Shown: positions 10,346 through 21,556 of the stretch, one piece after another
How the letters are laid out: every line of letters begins with the position of its first letter
Position numbering within the stretch: position 1 is the first letter of the stretch
NCBI GenBank assembly: GCA_036378975.1
Contig: DASUVK010000045.1
Location: forward strand, 8,497 to 72,496
Origin: Allosphingosinicella sp.
GTDB taxonomy: Bacteria; Pseudomonadota; Alphaproteobacteria; Sphingomonadales; Sphingomonadaceae
DNA length: 64,000 nucleotides
Direction: 5' to 3'
Position numbers and translations under genes: made by a program
The notes under the pieces: generated by a model
The model's input: the letters and a program-made list of their open reading frames with translations, nothing else
Told to the model about the DNA's origin: nothing
The model's database searches: none

Positions 10346-10965
10346 CAGCTCTGGCTTCTCGCCCTCTTGATCATGCCGCCTTCCGAGAGCGCCCTGCGTG
10401 CCATTGCCACGGTCATGCGACGATGATGTGACAAAGCCGCCCGGTCGAGCGCGGCGACGACCTGCTGAACGGCCAGGTAGGAACGTTCGATCCTCGGCAC
10501 GATGTAAGCCGGCAGCTCCGGCGGGACAGCGATGCCGCGGTCGCCGAGCAGCTTGACGATGAGATCGCCGATCAGGCGGTCGTCGGGATCGCCGAGGGCG
10601 ACGTGCGGCGTCGCAGAGAGGCGCGAACGCAAGTCGGGCAGGCTCACCTGCCAGATCGGCGGCGGCGCGTCGGCGACGATCAGCAGCGGCCGGCGCGACA
10701 GCTGCGCCTCGTTCCAGGCGTGGAAGATGGCCTCCTCATCATGATCCTCGGCATTGTCGAACAGCCGGCCACCGGTCTTGCGGACGAACAGCCGGCCGAG
10801 CAGGCTGCGGCCCGACTTGCGCGGACCGGTGATCAGGGTCGCCATCACCGGCCAGACCGACCAGCGCTTCAAATGGTCGAAGGCGGCGCGGTTGGCGTCG
10901 GAGATGAGGAAATCCTCATCGCGGTCGGCTACCGGCCAGTCGAGCGGCAGCGCGATCTGGGCCAT
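10345..10965 (-). CDS. hdaA: DnaA regulatory inactivator HdaA
   Basis: 206 aa. It starts MAQIALPL, has a degenerate P-loop ([12 protein letters not shown]) and matches the alphaproteobacterial HdaA pattern. Its stop overlaps the ppk1 start by 1 nt. Confidence 0.85.
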   Translation of the reverse strand: MAQIALPLDWPVADRDEDFLISDANRAAFDHLKRWSVWPVMATLITGPRKSGRSLLGRLFVRKTGGRLFDNAEDHDEEAIFHAWNEAQLSRRPLLIVADAPPPIWQVSLPDLRSRLSATPHVALGDPDDRLIGDLIVKLLGDRGIAVPPELPAYIVPRIERSYLAVQQVVAALDRAALSHHRRMTVAMARRALSEGGMIKRARSQS

Positions 10966-10966
10966 T

Positions 10967-12190
10967 TCAGTCGCCGTCCCGCGACAGGCGCAGAGTGTTG
11001 CCGGAGCCGGAGACGCGCCACCCCTGCGCCTCGAGCGCGGCGGCGAGCGCGCCCGGCTCGCCCATGTAGCTGACCCGCATCGCCGACGTGCCGCCCACCG
11101 ACGGGTTGGTGGTGAAGGCCGAGGTGACGCCGGGCACGCGGCTCACGGCCAGCTCGGCACGGCCGATCGCCGCCCGGTCGGGCGTATCGACCTCGAGGCG
11201 CAGGATCGTCACCGCGCCCACCGGCGAGGCGCCGGGGAGAGGTCCGAGCGGCGTCTCCTCGACCTGGGTCTCCTCGTCGATCTCCTCGACCAGCGGCGGT
11301 TCGGGGACGATCAGCGACGGATCGGGCGTCAGCCGCCCGGCAGCCAAGGCGCGGGCGTAGAGCAGGTCGAGCCCGCGCACGCCTTCGTCGAGCAGGCGCG
11401 GGATCTGCGCGCTGGTCTCCGCCCGCAGCGTGAATTGCCCAAGCACGCGATTGTCCGGCCCATGCCGGGCGATGAAGGTGGCGACGGCGGGGCCACCGGG
11501 GAAGAGCCGCTTCAGATGCACTTCCGGCACGATCACGTCGGCGGCGCCATATTGGTCGAGCAGCATCCGCCACCAGCCGCGCCCGGGGCGGTAGGTCTGG
11601 GTGACGTTGAGCAGCAGGGGATCGATGCCGGAGCCGGTCGGCCGGACATAGTCGACCGGGCTGCTGCCGGTACGGAAGCGGGCCCAGGCCTCCTGCCACA
11701 AATTCCGCGATTCGAAGCTCTGGTAGGAGGAGCCGGTCAGCATTACCGGGATCACCAGCATCGGCGCCGAGCGCCGGATCGAGCCGCTCACGCCCAGCAG
11801 CTGACCGGTGCGGGCGCGGTCGAAGAGAACGCCCAGCGTCGCGATGTAGCGCTTCGGGCCAATCTGCTCCTGCTCGACGACGAGGCCGGCGACGAGGCCG
11901 TTGAGGGCGTCGTCGGTGAGACCGGGGGCCTGCTCGGCCGGACGGCCGTTGGTCTTCGCCCAGAGCGCCTTCCAGCCCTTCTGCTGCGCCTCGCGCCAGC
12001 CGGCCTCGCGCGCCTTCTCCGCCGTATCGGCGGTGACGTCGACCTCGATTCCGCCAATCTCGAAGGTGCTGGCGCTGTCGATCGGCGGCACGCCGCGCTC
12101 GCCGCCCTCGAGCTGCGCCCACACCGCCCCGCCGGCGGCGAGGGAAAGGAGGACGGCGACAATGACGGGAAGACGGCCGGTCAGCTTCAC
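10967..12190 (-). CDS. conserved hypothetical exported protein (C-terminal HMA-fold-like region without CxxC)
   Basis: The ORF is open to the ATG at 12256, but that ATG lies inside the inverted-repeat element 12245-12353. The GTG at 12190 gives VKLTGRLPVIVAVLLSLAAGGAVWA, a good signal peptide. Confidence 0.65.
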   Translation of the reverse strand: MKLTGRLPVIVAVLLSLAAGGAVWAQLEGGERGVPPIDSASTFEIGGIEVDVTADTAEKAREAGWREAQQKGWKALWAKTNGRPAEQAPGLTDDALNGLVAGLVVEQEQIGPKRYIATLGVLFDRARTGQLLGVSGSIRRSAPMLVIPVMLTGSSYQSFESRNLWQEAWARFRTGSSPVDYVRPTGSGIDPLLLNVTQTYRPGRGWWRMLLDQYGAADVIVPEVHLKRLFPGGPAVATFIARHGPDNRVLGQFTLRAETSAQIPRLLDEGVRGLDLLYARALAAGRLTPDPSLIVPEPPLVEEIDEETQVEETPLGPLPGASPVGAVTILRLEVDTPDRAAIGRAELAVSRVPGVTSAFTTNPSVGGTSAMRVSYMGEPGALAAALEAQGWRVSGSGNTLRLSRDGD

Positions 12191-12244
12191 GCCCGCCTTT
12201 TGGCGAGTTGAACGTGGAAATCCAAGCGCGATGTGGCTAGCGGT

Positions 12245-12353
12245 CCTTCGATACACGGCTTCGCCAGGCTCAGCCGTTACTCAGGATGAGCGTTTGGGGT
12301 CAGCCGCTCCGCTCATCCTGAGTAGCGACCGAGCTTGCCGAGGGTATCGAAGG
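12245..12353. repeat. long imperfect inverted-repeat (MITE/REP-like) element, CCTTCGATAC...TACTCAGGATGAGCG family
   Basis: The left arm (12245-12292) and right arm (12310-12353) are roughly 48 and 44 nt long and largely complementary. A solo half-copy lies at 50249-50305. Confidence 0.75.
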
Positions 12354-12367
12354 ACAGGCTAACCCCC

Positions 12368-13462
12368 GTGGAAGACGATCAGCCCTACACTTATGCCAAA
12401 GCGGGCGTGTCGATCGCCGCCGGCAACGCCCTGGTCAAGGCGATCGCGCCGCTCGCCAGATCCACGGCGCGGCGCGGCGCCGATGCGTCGCTGGGCGGGT
12501 TCGGCGGCTTTTTCGATCTCAAGGCGGCCGGCTATCGCGATCCCCTGCTGGTCGCCGCCAATGACGGCGTCGGCACCAAGCTCAAGCTCGCCATCGACTT
12601 CGACCGGCACGAAGGGGTCGGCGTGGACCTCGTCGCGATGTGCGCCAACGATCTCGTCGTCCAGGGCGCCGAGCCGCTTTTCTTTCTCGACTATTTCGCC
12701 ACCGGACGGCTCGATGCCGGCGTCGCGGAGCGGGTCATCGCCTCGATCGCCGAGGGTTGCCGCCAGGCCGGCTGTGCGCTGATCGGCGGCGAGACGGCGG
12801 AAATGCCGGGCATGTATGCCGAGGGCGATTACGACCTGGCCGGTTTCTGCGTCGGCGCGGTGGAACGCGACGAGGCGCTGACCGGCGCCAAGGTCGCCGC
12901 AGGCGACGCGATACTCGGCCTCGCTTCCTCGGGAGTCCATTCGAACGGCTTTTCGCTGGTCCGCCGGCTCGCCGCCGACCGCGGCTGGAAGCTCGACCGC
13001 CCGGCTTTGTTCGACCCGGAGCAATTGCTGATCGAGGCCCTGCTCACGCCCACGCGGATCTACGTGAAGCCATTGCTGCCTTTGGTCAGGGGCGGCCGGG
13101 TCCGCGCCCTGGCGCACATCACCGGCGGCGGCCTGCTCGAAAACGTCCCGCGCGTGCTTCCCGACGGCCTCCACGCCCGGATCGACGCCGATTCCTGGCC
13201 CCAGCCGCGGCTGATGGCGTTCCTCCAGGCGCAGGGCAATATCGAGCCCGAGGAGATGGCCCGGACGTTCAACTGCGGCGTCGGCATGGCCGTGATCGTC
13301 GCCGAAGCAGATGTTAAGACCGCCTCGGATATTCTTGAGAAATCGGGAGAAATAGTGTGCCGCATCGGCTCGGTGCAAGCGGGAACGAAGGGCTGCACGG
13401 TGCACGGCTCGCAGGGTAGCTGGGGCGCGCGGGGAGAATGGAGCGCCACCCACCATGGCTGA
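12368..13462 (+). CDS. purM: phosphoribosylformylglycinamidine cyclo-ligase
   Basis: AIR synthase motifs are present ([29 protein letters not shown]). The GTG at 12368 is preferred because the TTG at 12335 lies inside the repeat element. Confidence 0.94.
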   Translation: MEDDQPYTYAKAGVSIAAGNALVKAIAPLARSTARRGADASLGGFGGFFDLKAAGYRDPLLVAANDGVGTKLKLAIDFDRHEGVGVDLVAMCANDLVVQGAEPLFFLDYFATGRLDAGVAERVIASIAEGCRQAGCALIGGETAEMPGMYAEGDYDLAGFCVGAVERDEALTGAKVAAGDAILGLASSGVHSNGFSLVRRLAADRGWKLDRPALFDPEQLLIEALLTPTRIYVKPLLPLVRGGRVRALAHITGGGLLENVPRVLPDGLHARIDADSWPQPRLMAFLQAQGNIEPEEMARTFNCGVGMAVIVAEADVKTASDILEKSGEIVCRIGSVQAGTKGCTVHGSQGSWGARGEWSATHHG

Positions 13463-14057
13463 ACGGGTGCGGGTCGGCGTCCTCGTCTCCGGACGCGGCA
13501 CCAACATGATTGCGCTCAGCGAACATAAGCGCCGTGAGGCCCGGTCCTACGACCTCGCTTTGGTCGCTTCGAACGTCCCCGAGGCGCGCGGCCTCGTCGT
13601 CGCCCGGCGGCTCGGCATCCCGATCTGGGCGCGCAGCCACAAGGGGATGGAGCGCGAGGAATTCGACCATCTGCTCGACGTCGCCTTGCGCGAGCATGGC
13701 GTCGAAATGGTCGCGCTCGCCGGCTACATGCGGCTGCTCTCGTCCGAATTCATCCGCAAATGGGAGGGCCGGATCCTCAACATCCACCCGTCCCTGCTGC
13801 CCGCCTACAAGGGCCTGGACACGCATCGCCGCGCCATCGAAGCCGGCGAGATCTGGGTCGGCTGCTCGGTCCATCTGGTCACCGACGCGCTGGACGGCGG
13901 CCCGGTCCTCGCCCAGGCGAGAGTGAGGGTGCGCGAGCGGGAGACACCGGAGATGCTGGCCGAACGCGTGCTGAAGGAGGAGCACCGGCTCTATCCCGAG
14001 ACGCTGGACCGTTTCTGCGCGCGACTCCGGCCCGGGCACGTCGATTTGCTGCCTTAA
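13455..14057 (+). CDS. purN: phosphoribosylglycinamide formyltransferase
   Basis: 200 aa with [22 protein letters not shown] and a D in VTDALDGGP. It overlaps the purM stop by 8 nt. Confidence 0.95.
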   Translation: MAERVRVGVLVSGRGTNMIALSEHKRREARSYDLALVASNVPEARGLVVARRLGIPIWARSHKGMEREEFDHLLDVALREHGVEMVALAGYMRLLSSEFIRKWEGRILNIHPSLLPAYKGLDTHRRAIEAGEIWVGCSVHLVTDALDGGPVLAQARVRVRERETPEMLAERVLKEEHRLYPETLDRFCARLRPGHVDLLP

Positions 14058-14087
14058 TTCCTCCCCGAGCTGGCCTGGGGAGGATTT
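14056..14087. terminator. bidirectional hairpin of the TCCTCCCC...GGGGAGGA family
   Basis: TCCTCCCC - GAGCTGGCCT - GGGGAGGA, lying between convergent purN and ndk. Confidence 0.55.
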
Positions 14088-14089
14088 CG

Positions 14090-14512
14090 CTAACCCACAA
14101 TCTCTTCGGGCTTGAAGAAGAAGTCGATCTCGATCTCGGCATTTTCCGGGCTGTCGGAGCCGTGGACGCTGTTCGCCTCGATCGATTCGGCGAAGAGTTT
14201 GCGGATCGTGCCTTCGTCGGCATTGGCAGGGTTGGTGGCGCCCATCACCTCGCGGTTGCGGGCGACGGCATTGTCGCCTTCGAGCACCTGCACGACCACC
14301 GGCCCGGAGGTCATGAAGCGAACGAGGTCGGCGAAGAACGGCCGCTCGCGGTGGACGGCATAGAAGCCCTCGGCCTGGTCGCGCGTCATGCGAATGCGCC
14401 GCGAGGCGACGACGCGCAGGCCCGCTTCCTCCAGCTTGGCGGTGATGGCGCCGGTCAAATTGCGGCGGGTCGCGTCGGGCTTGATGATCGAGAAGGTGCG
14501 TTCGGTCGCCAT
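14090..14512 (-). CDS. ndk: nucleoside-diphosphate kinase
   Basis: 140 aa with [14 protein letters not shown] and the active-site NSVHGSDS. Confidence 0.97.
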   Translation of the reverse strand: MATERTFSIIKPDATRRNLTGAITAKLEEAGLRVVASRRIRMTRDQAEGFYAVHRERPFFADLVRFMTSGPVVVQVLEGDNAVARNREVMGATNPANADEGTIRKLFAESIEANSVHGSDSPENAEIEIDFFFKPEEIVG

Positions 14513-14585
14513 GGCCGGCTAAATGCTCCGTGATGTGAGGTGATTTGCGCGGCTCTCTACGGGTGGGGCCGGGGGAGCGCAAGGC

Positions 14586-15014
14586 TCAGGGGCCCTCGAC
14601 CCACTTGCCGCGCTCGTCCTGCTTCCAGTAGCGCGCCTCGACCTCGGCCTTGCCCTTCAGCGCCCGCCACGCCTCGCGCGCCGCGTCGCGTCCTTCATTG
14701 TCGAAAAAGTAGAAGGCGCGGGCGAAGCCGAGCGCCGCGTCGCGCCAGCGGCCGTCGGCCAGGGCGATGTTGCCGGCGCCGTTCGCCGCCTCCGGGTCGG
14801 CGGAGAGCAGGACCGGCTGGCTCTCCGCGCGCTCGCGGCCGTGCGGGAGGAAGCTGTCCTTCGCATAGCTCCACAATATCTCGTCGAGACGCGCGAGCAG
14901 CCCCGGCTCCCCCACCACGAGCAGCCGCTCGCCGCCCGCCACCACTTTCTCGGCGATGCTCGGCAGCACCCGCTCGAGCGGCGAGGCCGTGAGGTGGTAG
15001 AAGTCGACGATCAT
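14586..15014 (-). CDS. holC: DNA polymerase III subunit chi
   Basis: The MIVDFYHL start is typical of chi, and the gene sits downstream of pepA as in many proteobacteria. The ORF is also open to an ATG at 15044. Confidence 0.85.
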   Translation of the reverse strand: MIVDFYHLTASPLERVLPSIAEKVVAGGERLLVVGEPGLLARLDEILWSYAKDSFLPHGRERAESQPVLLSADPEAANGAGNIALADGRWRDAALGFARAFYFFDNEGRDAAREAWRALKGKAEVEARYWKQDERGKWVEGP

Positions 15015-15282
15015 ATCACGGGCCCTATCAGCCCCTTGCCGCAATGGGGAAGGGGCCGGGCCTGGCGGGCAACGGCTCTCGAGGCGGCGTTGTTCTCAAT
15101 TCGTTCTTGCAAAATGGCGCATGGCGTGCGAGACTGATCCCGGCCCCACCTGGCTCTTTGACATGGGACGCAACGCGAAGACGAAGTTGAGGCCCCACTG
15201 AAAACAAAGGATTCATTCCCCCGACGGGCGTGTCTTTCGGGTCTTTCGGCGGCATCGGCCGCGCCGATTCTGCGAGGGGAAT

Positions 15283-16761
15283 CTATCCCTCGTGATTCGC
15301 CGCGACGAAGCGGTCGAGCAAGGCGACGCCGTAGCCGGTGGCTCCTTTGTCATAAAGGTGGCTGGCCTTGTCAGCCCAGGCCATGCCGGCAATGTCGAGA
15401 TGCGCCCATTTGACGCCCGTCTCGACGAAGCGCTGGAGGAACACGGCCGCGGTGATCGAGCCGCCCTCCCTCGGACCGACATTCTTCATGTCCGCGATCG
15501 GCGAATCGATCAACTTGTCATAGGCATCGCCGAGCGGCATCCGCCACAATTTGTCGCCGCTGGCCGTGCCCGCCGCGGCGAGCTGGCCGGCGAGACCGTC
15601 GTCGTTCGAGAACAGGCCGGCATATTCGTGACCGAGCGAGATGATCATCGCGCCGGTCAGGGTGGCTAGGTCGACCAGCACCTCCGGCTGGTACTGGCGC
15701 TGGGCCCAGGTGATCGCGTCGGAGAGGACGAGGCGCCCTTCCGCGTCGGTGTTGATCACCTCGATGGTCTGGCCGGACAGGCTGGTGACGACGTCGCCGG
15801 GCCGCTGGGCGTTGCCGTCGGGCATGTTCTCGGCGAGCGCGCAAATGCCGACGACATTGGCCTTCGCCTTGCGGCCGGCAAGCGCGGCCATCGCCCCCGC
15901 CACCGCGCCGGCGCCGCCCATGTCCCATTTCATCGCTTCCATGCCCAAAGCCGGCTTGATCGAGATGCCGCCGGTATCGAAGGTGATGCCCTTGCCGATG
16001 AAGACGACCGGCTTGGCGCCGGCGGCGGCACCGTTCCAGCGCATCGCCAGCAGCCGTGGCGGCTTCACCGACCCCTGGGCGACGCCGAGCAGAGCGCCCA
16101 TGCCGAGCGCGCGCATCTGCGCTTCGTCGAGCACTTCGAATTCCACTCCGAGCGGCTCGAGCCGGGCCTGGCAGCGCTCGACGAAAGTCTCGGGATAGAG
16201 GATGTTGGCCGGCTCGGTGACCAGCTCGCGAGTGAGCGAGAGACCATCGAGCAGCGCCTCCCGGCGGCTCCACGCCTCGCCGGCGCCCTCGCCGGCGCCC
16301 ACGATCACCACGTCCTCGAGCGTCGGCTTCTGCTTCTTGGGCAGCTTGGTGCGATAGAGGTCGTAACGCCAGCTGCGCGCCGCCGCGCCGAAGCCGATCC
16401 GGGCCGCCGCCTCGCCGTCGAGGCCGAGGCTGGAAACATCGATGACCAGCCGCGTCTCGCCCGAGGTGAGCAGCTTGGCGACGAGCGCGCCGCCGACCTT
16501 CTCGAACAGCGCTTCGTCCTGGCGGCGGTCGCCGAGGCCGACCAGCAGCAGGCGGCGGGCCCCTTCCCCGTCGGCCACGAACGTCTCGGCAATCGAGGCG
16601 GCCTCGCGCTCGAAGCGCTGGGCGTCGGCGGCGCGGGCGACGACGGTGCGGGCGCCAGGGTCGAGGCCGGCGAGCCGGTCGAGCACCATCTCCTCGCTCC
16701 AGACCGGGAGCGCGAGCGCATAGGCGCCGGCGGGACGTTCGTTGGCGAAGGCGATTCTCAT
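15283..16761 (-). CDS. pepA: leucyl aminopeptidase (M17)
   Basis: 492 aa with the M17 motifs GKGITFDTGGISIKP and NTDAEGRLVLSD. Confidence 0.95.
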   Translation of the reverse strand: MRIAFANERPAGAYALALPVWSEEMVLDRLAGLDPGARTVVARAADAQRFEREAASIAETFVADGEGARRLLLVGLGDRRQDEALFEKVGGALVAKLLTSGETRLVIDVSSLGLDGEAAARIGFGAAARSWRYDLYRTKLPKKQKPTLEDVVIVGAGEGAGEAWSRREALLDGLSLTRELVTEPANILYPETFVERCQARLEPLGVEFEVLDEAQMRALGMGALLGVAQGSVKPPRLLAMRWNGAAAGAKPVVFIGKGITFDTGGISIKPALGMEAMKWDMGGAGAVAGAMAALAGRKAKANVVGICALAENMPDGNAQRPGDVVTSLSGQTIEVINTDAEGRLVLSDAITWAQRQYQPEVLVDLATLTGAMIISLGHEYAGLFSNDDGLAGQLAAAGTASGDKLWRMPLGDAYDKLIDSPIADMKNVGPREGGSITAAVFLQRFVETGVKWAHLDIAGMAWADKASHLYDKGATGYGVALLDRFVAANHEG

Positions 16762-16907
16762 GGGGCGTACGGACTCCTGGCTTCGGCCCCTGCCTCTAGG
16801 CGCTCGACCCGCCGCTGCAAAGGGGGCCCCGGCTGTGGCATTGCAGCGCCGCCCGTCCGGTGCGATAGGCGCGGAGACGGTCGCGCGTGCTCCTGGCGGC
16901 GGGGAAA

Positions 16908-19133
16908 GTGAAGAAGCTCAATCTCATCTGCCTGACCGCGCTGCCGCTTCTGTTCGCCGCTCCCGGCGCGGCGCTGGCGCAGGACGAAAGCCGCGCGGAC
17001 GACGAAGGCGCCGCCGCGGCGCCTGGAGATTCGCGGGAAGTGGCGTTCAGCGCCGACCGGCTTTCCTACGACCCCCAGGCCCAGCTGGTGACGGCGAGCG
17101 GCGACGTGCGCATGAACAGCGAGGGCAACCGGCTGCGCGCCGAGCGGGTTATCTGGAACCGCGCCACCGACGAGGTGCGCGCCGAAGGCAATGTCCGCGT
17201 CGTCAATCCCGGCGGCGACGTCGCTTATGCCGACAGCGTCGTCCTGACCGATGCGCTGCGCGACGGAATCGTCCAGAACATGCTGCTGGTCCTCGCCGAC
17301 GGCGGCCGGCTCGCCGCCGAGCGGGCCGAGCGGCGAGACGGCTACACCACCCTTTACCGGGCCGCTTATTCCCCCTGCGCGGTGGTCAGTGCGAAAGGCT
17401 GCCCGAAGAACCCGACCTGGCAGATCAACGCCGTGAAGGTTGTCCACGACCCTGTCCGCAACCGCATCCGCTACGAAGGCGCCTCGCTCAACCTGCTGGG
17501 GGCGCGGATCGTCGCCCTTCCCTTCCTGTCCCACCCCGACGGTACCGAGGGTGGCGGCACCGGCTTGCTCGTGCCCGACATTCGGGTGAGCTCGAGCAAC
17601 GGCTTCGAGCTGTCCGCGCCTTATTATCTGAAGCTGGCACCGAACCGGGACGCGACCATCACTCCCCATGTCTACACCGAAGTGGCGCCGATGCTCGAAG
17701 GACGCTATCGCCAGCTGACCGGCCTCGGCGCCTTCCAGCTCGGCGCCTACGTCACCTACGGCTCGCGCATCCCGCTCAGCTCGGCGACGACGATCCGGGA
17801 CGAGGGCATTCGCGCCTATCTGGAAGGCAATGGCCGGTTCCAGCTCAATCCGCTGTGGAGCGTGACCGCTTCGGGGCGCTACGTCACCGACCGCACCTTC
17901 ATGCGCCGCTACGACATTTCCCGCGACAGCCGGCTGCGCTCGTTCGTCGAGGCCGAGCGGATCACCTCCGACAGCTACATCTCGATCGCCGGCTGGGCCT
18001 TTCAGGGCCTGCGCGTCACCGATGTCGCCGGCCAGCAACCGGTCGCTCTGCCCGCGATCGACGCCCGCTGGCGGCTTCCGGGGAAGATCTGGAACGGCCT
18101 GCTCGAAGTGCAGGCAAACAGCCTCGCCATCCTCCGGACCGACGGCCAGGACACGCAGAGGGCCTTCGCCGGCGCGCGCTGGGACCGGCGCAGCCTCACC
18201 CGCTGGGGTCAGGAGATGATCCTGACCGCCTATGGGCGTGGCGACATCTATCATAGCGGCGACAATAGGCTCACCGCGACGACGATCTACCGCGGCCGGC
18301 CGGGCTGGCACGGCCGCGTCATCGGCGCGCTCGCCGCGGAGTTCCGCTGGCCGTTGGTCGGGCCTTTCATGGGCGGAACGCAGCGGTTGACGCCCCGTCT
18401 CCAGCTGATCGCGTCCGGCGCGACCGACAATCTCGAAATTCCCAACGAGGACGCGCGCTCCGTCGATCTCGAGGATTCCAACCTGTTCGCGCTCAACCGC
18501 TTCCCCGGCTACGACCGCTGGGAGAACGGGCCGCGCATCACTTACGGGCTCGACTGGGGCGTCGACATACCGGGCATCGCCGTCCGCACCACCATCGGCC
18601 AGAGCTACCGGCTCGACGACAAGCCGAGCATCCTGCCCTCGGGCACCGGCCTTTCCGACCGCTTTTCCGATTATGTCGGGCGGACCAACGTCAAATTCGG
18701 CCGCAAGCTGAACCTCGTCCACCGGTTCCGCATCGATCAGGACAATCTCGCGCTGCGGCGCAACGAGATCGACGCGGTGGTCGGCGGCCGCCAGACCTAT
18801 GCGACGATCGGCTATCTGCGCCTCGACCGCAACATCGACCCGGCGATCGAAGACCTTCGCGACCGCGAGGAGATTCGTCTCAGCGGCCGCGTCCGCTTCG
18901 CCGGCTATTGGTCGGTCTTCGGCTCGACTGTGATCGACCTCACCGACCGGCGCGAGGATCCGCTTTCGCGGGCCGACGGCTACGAGCCGGTTCGCCACCG
19001 GCTGGGCATCAGCTATGACGACGATTGTCTCGAGATCGGCGTGACCTGGCGGCGCGATTACGACACGGCCGGCGACTTCCGGCGGGGCAACACCTTCCAG
19101 TTCCGGGTGGCGCTCAAGAATCTCGGGCGCTAA
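16908..19133 (+). CDS. lptD: LPS-assembly (outer-membrane lipid translocation) protein LptD
   Basis: About 741 aa with an OstA N-terminal motif and a large beta-barrel. The GTG at 16908 gives the signal peptide [23 protein letters not shown]. The ORF is open from 16887. Confidence 0.92.
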   Translation: MKKLNLICLTALPLLFAAPGAALAQDESRADDEGAAAAPGDSREVAFSADRLSYDPQAQLVTASGDVRMNSEGNRLRAERVIWNRATDEVRAEGNVRVVNPGGDVAYADSVVLTDALRDGIVQNMLLVLADGGRLAAERAERRDGYTTLYRAAYSPCAVVSAKGCPKNPTWQINAVKVVHDPVRNRIRYEGASLNLLGARIVALPFLSHPDGTEGGGTGLLVPDIRVSSSNGFELSAPYYLKLAPNRDATITPHVYTEVAPMLEGRYRQLTGLGAFQLGAYVTYGSRIPLSSATTIRDEGIRAYLEGNGRFQLNPLWSVTASGRYVTDRTFMRRYDISRDSRLRSFVEAERITSDSYISIAGWAFQGLRVTDVAGQQPVALPAIDARWRLPGKIWNGLLEVQANSLAILRTDGQDTQRAFAGARWDRRSLTRWGQEMILTAYGRGDIYHSGDNRLTATTIYRGRPGWHGRVIGALAAEFRWPLVGPFMGGTQRLTPRLQLIASGATDNLEIPNEDARSVDLEDSNLFALNRFPGYDRWENGPRITYGLDWGVDIPGIAVRTTIGQSYRLDDKPSILPSGTGLSDRFSDYVGRTNVKFGRKLNLVHRFRIDQDNLALRRNEIDAVVGGRQTYATIGYLRLDRNIDPAIEDLRDREEIRLSGRVRFAGYWSVFGSTVIDLTDRREDPLSRADGYEPVRHRLGISYDDDCLEIGVTWRRDYDTAGDFRRGNTFQFRVALKNLGR

Positions 19134-19201
19134 GGATGAGCCCGCTAAGCTGCGGTTCAGCAACTTTCAGGCATCGCTAGCGGCCTGCATTTATTGGAGG
19201 A

Positions 19202-20554
19202 ATGATGAAGCTCGGCACTTATCACGGAGCGGCGCTGATGCTGGCCGGCTCGCTGGCGGCCGCCGCTGCTTATGCGCAGACCGTCGGCGACCCACCTGGG
19301 ACCGTCCCCGCGGCCAGCCTCAACATTCCCGCGAATCCGCAATTCCTCGCCGAGGACGATCCCAACGTCCGCAAGGCGACGGCGATCGTCAACGGCACCG
19401 TCATCACCCGCACCGAGGTCGACCATCGCCTCGCCATCATCCGGCTCGCGAGTGGCGGCGAGATTCCGCCGGCGGAGCTGCCGCGCCTGCGCCAGCAGGT
19501 GCTGCGCAACCTCGTCGACGAGGTCCTCCAGATCCAGGCCGCCGAACAGGCCGACATCAAGGTCCAGAAGAGCGAGGTCGACCAGTATTTCGCCCGCTAC
19601 GCGCAATCGCAGTTCAAGCAGACGCCGGAGCAATTCTCCGCTTTCCTGCGTGCCTCCGGCTCGTCGCCCGATACGCTCAAGCGCCAGATCCACGGCGAGA
19701 TGGCCTGGACGCGCCTGCAGCGCAGCAAGATCGAGCCGTTCGTCAACGTCAGCGAGGACGAAGTGCAGGCGGTGATCGACCGGCTCAACGCCGCCCGTGG
19801 CACCCAGGAGTTCAAGGTTTCCGAGATTTTCCTCTCGGCCACGCCGGAGACGGCGGCGGAAGCGCGCAGCAACGCCATGCGCATCGTCCAGCAGCTGCGC
19901 AGCGGCGCCTCCTTCCTGGCTTATGCCCGGCAATTTTCGGAAGCCTCGACCGCTGCGCTCGGCGGCGACCTCGGCTGGGTCCGTGCCGCCCAGCTGCCCG
20001 ACGCCCTTGCCGCGGCGGTCCAGTCGATGCCGATCGGGTCGGTCAGCGATCCGATCGCGATACCGGGCGGCTTTTCGATCATCGCCGTCACCGACACCCG
20101 CCAGGTGCTGACCGCCGATCCGCGCGACGCCGTGCTGAGCCTCAAGCAAATGTCGATACCCCTGACTCCGGGCAGCACCCGCGAGCAGGCCGAGCAAAAA
20201 GCCCAGAGCCTGGTGCGTGCCACCCAGTCGATGGGCGGGTGCGGCGGCGCCGAAGCCGCTGCGGTTCCGCTGGGCGCGGAAGTCGTGTCCAACGACCAGG
20301 TCCGGGTGCGCGACCTGCCGCCGGCGATTCAGCCGATGCTGCTCGGCCTCGGCATCGGCCAGTCCAGCCCGCCTTTCGGCTCGGCCGGCGAACGGGTGAG
20401 CGTGTTGGTGCTGTGCGGCCGCGACGATCCCGATCCGGCGAACAACGTCTCGTTCGATCAGGTCTACAACCAGATCGCCGAGAACCGCGTCAACCTGCGC
20501 GCGCGCCGCTTCCTGCGCGATCTCCGGCGGGATGCGGTGGTCGACTATCGCTAG
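19202..20554 (+). CDS. surA: periplasmic chaperone / peptidylprolyl isomerase SurA
   Basis: 450 aa with a signal peptide, a SurA N-terminal domain and a parvulin domain (GGDLGWV). It occupies the conserved position between lptD and pdxA. Confidence 0.9.
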   Translation: MMKLGTYHGAALMLAGSLAAAAAYAQTVGDPPGTVPAASLNIPANPQFLAEDDPNVRKATAIVNGTVITRTEVDHRLAIIRLASGGEIPPAELPRLRQQVLRNLVDEVLQIQAAEQADIKVQKSEVDQYFARYAQSQFKQTPEQFSAFLRASGSSPDTLKRQIHGEMAWTRLQRSKIEPFVNVSEDEVQAVIDRLNAARGTQEFKVSEIFLSATPETAAEARSNAMRIVQQLRSGASFLAYARQFSEASTAALGGDLGWVRAAQLPDALAAAVQSMPIGSVSDPIAIPGGFSIIAVTDTRQVLTADPRDAVLSLKQMSIPLTPGSTREQAEQKAQSLVRATQSMGGCGGAEAAAVPLGAEVVSNDQVRVRDLPPAIQPMLLGLGIGQSSPPFGSAGERVSVLVLCGRDDPDPANNVSFDQVYNQIAENRVNLRARRFLRDLRRDAVVDYR

Positions 20555-20566
20555 CCGGCGGATCTG

Positions 20567-21556
20567 TTGATCGCGCCCTTGGCCGTCGCGCTCGGCGACC
20601 CCGCCGGGATCGGGCCGGAGATCACGGCGAAGGCTTGGGAAAGGCGCAAGGCGGAGACCTTGGCGCCCTTCTTCGCGGTCGGCTCGCCGGAAGCCTTGCG
20701 GGCGGTCTGGGACGGCCCGCTGCGGGTCGTCTCCGCGCCCGACGAGGCGGCGCGATGCTTCGCCGAGACGCTGCCGGTGATCCGCATCGACGCCGCGGGC
20801 GGCACCGTGCCCGGTCAGCCGACGCTGGAAGGCGCCCGCAATTCGCTCGATGCGCTGGAGCTGGCGGTCGGGCTGACCCGCTCCGGCGCCAGCTCGGCCC
20901 TCGTCACCGGGCCGGTCTCGAAGGCGCAGCTCTATGCGATCGGCTTCACCCATCCCGGCCAGACCGAGTTCGTCGCCGAACGCTGCGGCATCGCCGCCGA
21001 GATGGTGGCGATGATGCTCGCCGGGCCGACGCTGCGGACGGTGCCGGTCACCACCCATGTCGCCCTGCGCGACGTCCCCGAGCTGCTCACCACCGAGCTG
21101 ATCGTCACCCGCGGCCGGACGACGATCCGGGCGCTGCGGCGGCTGTTCGGCATCGCGCGGCCGCGGCTGGCGGTGGCGGGTCTCAATCCCCATGCCGGCG
21201 AGGGCGGCGCGCTGGGCCGGGAGGAGATCGACCTCGTCCTGCCGGCGATCGACCGACTGCGCGAGGAGGAAGCGGAAGTGACCGGTCCCCATGCGCCCGA
21301 CACCATGTTCCATCCGCGCATGCGAGCGACCTACGACGCGGCGCTCTGTCTCTATCACGATCAGGCGCTGGTGCCGCTGAAGACGCTGCATTTCGACGAG
21401 GGGGTCAACATCACCCTCGGCCTGCCGATCATCCGCACCTCGCCCGACCACGGTACCGCTTTCGCCCTCGCCGGACAGGACCGGGCGCTGCCCGACGCGA
21501 TGATCGCGGCGCTGAGGATGGCGGCCGCCTGCGCCGGACGGATCGCGGCGGCGTGA
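20567..21556 (+). CDS. pdxA: 4-hydroxythreonine-4-phosphate dehydrogenase
   Basis: 329 aa with [22 protein letters not shown] and SPDHGTAF. It uses a TTG start. Confidence 0.95.
   Translation: MIAPLAVALGDPAGIGPEITAKAWERRKAETLAPFFAVGSPEALRAVWDGPLRVVSAPDEAARCFAETLPVIRIDAAGGTVPGQPTLEGARNSLDALELAVGLTRSGASSALVTGPVSKAQLYAIGFTHPGQTEFVAERCGIAAEMVAMMLAGPTLRTVPVTTHVALRDVPELLTTELIVTRGRTTIRALRRLFGIARPRLAVAGLNPHAGEGGALGREEIDLVLPAIDRLREEEAEVTGPHAPDTMFHPRMRATYDAALCLYHDQALVPLKTLHFDEGVNITLGLPIIRTSPDHGTAFALAGQDRALPDAMIAALRMAAACAGRIAAA

Noticed and set aside
15045-15282. An unusually long (about 240 nt) pepA-holC spacer with several short hairpins, considered as a possible sRNA.
   Set aside because: The stems are short (5-7 bp). 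I recognised no terminator-like T-tract, conserved motif or promoter, so the sequence alone cannot support an RNA gene call.
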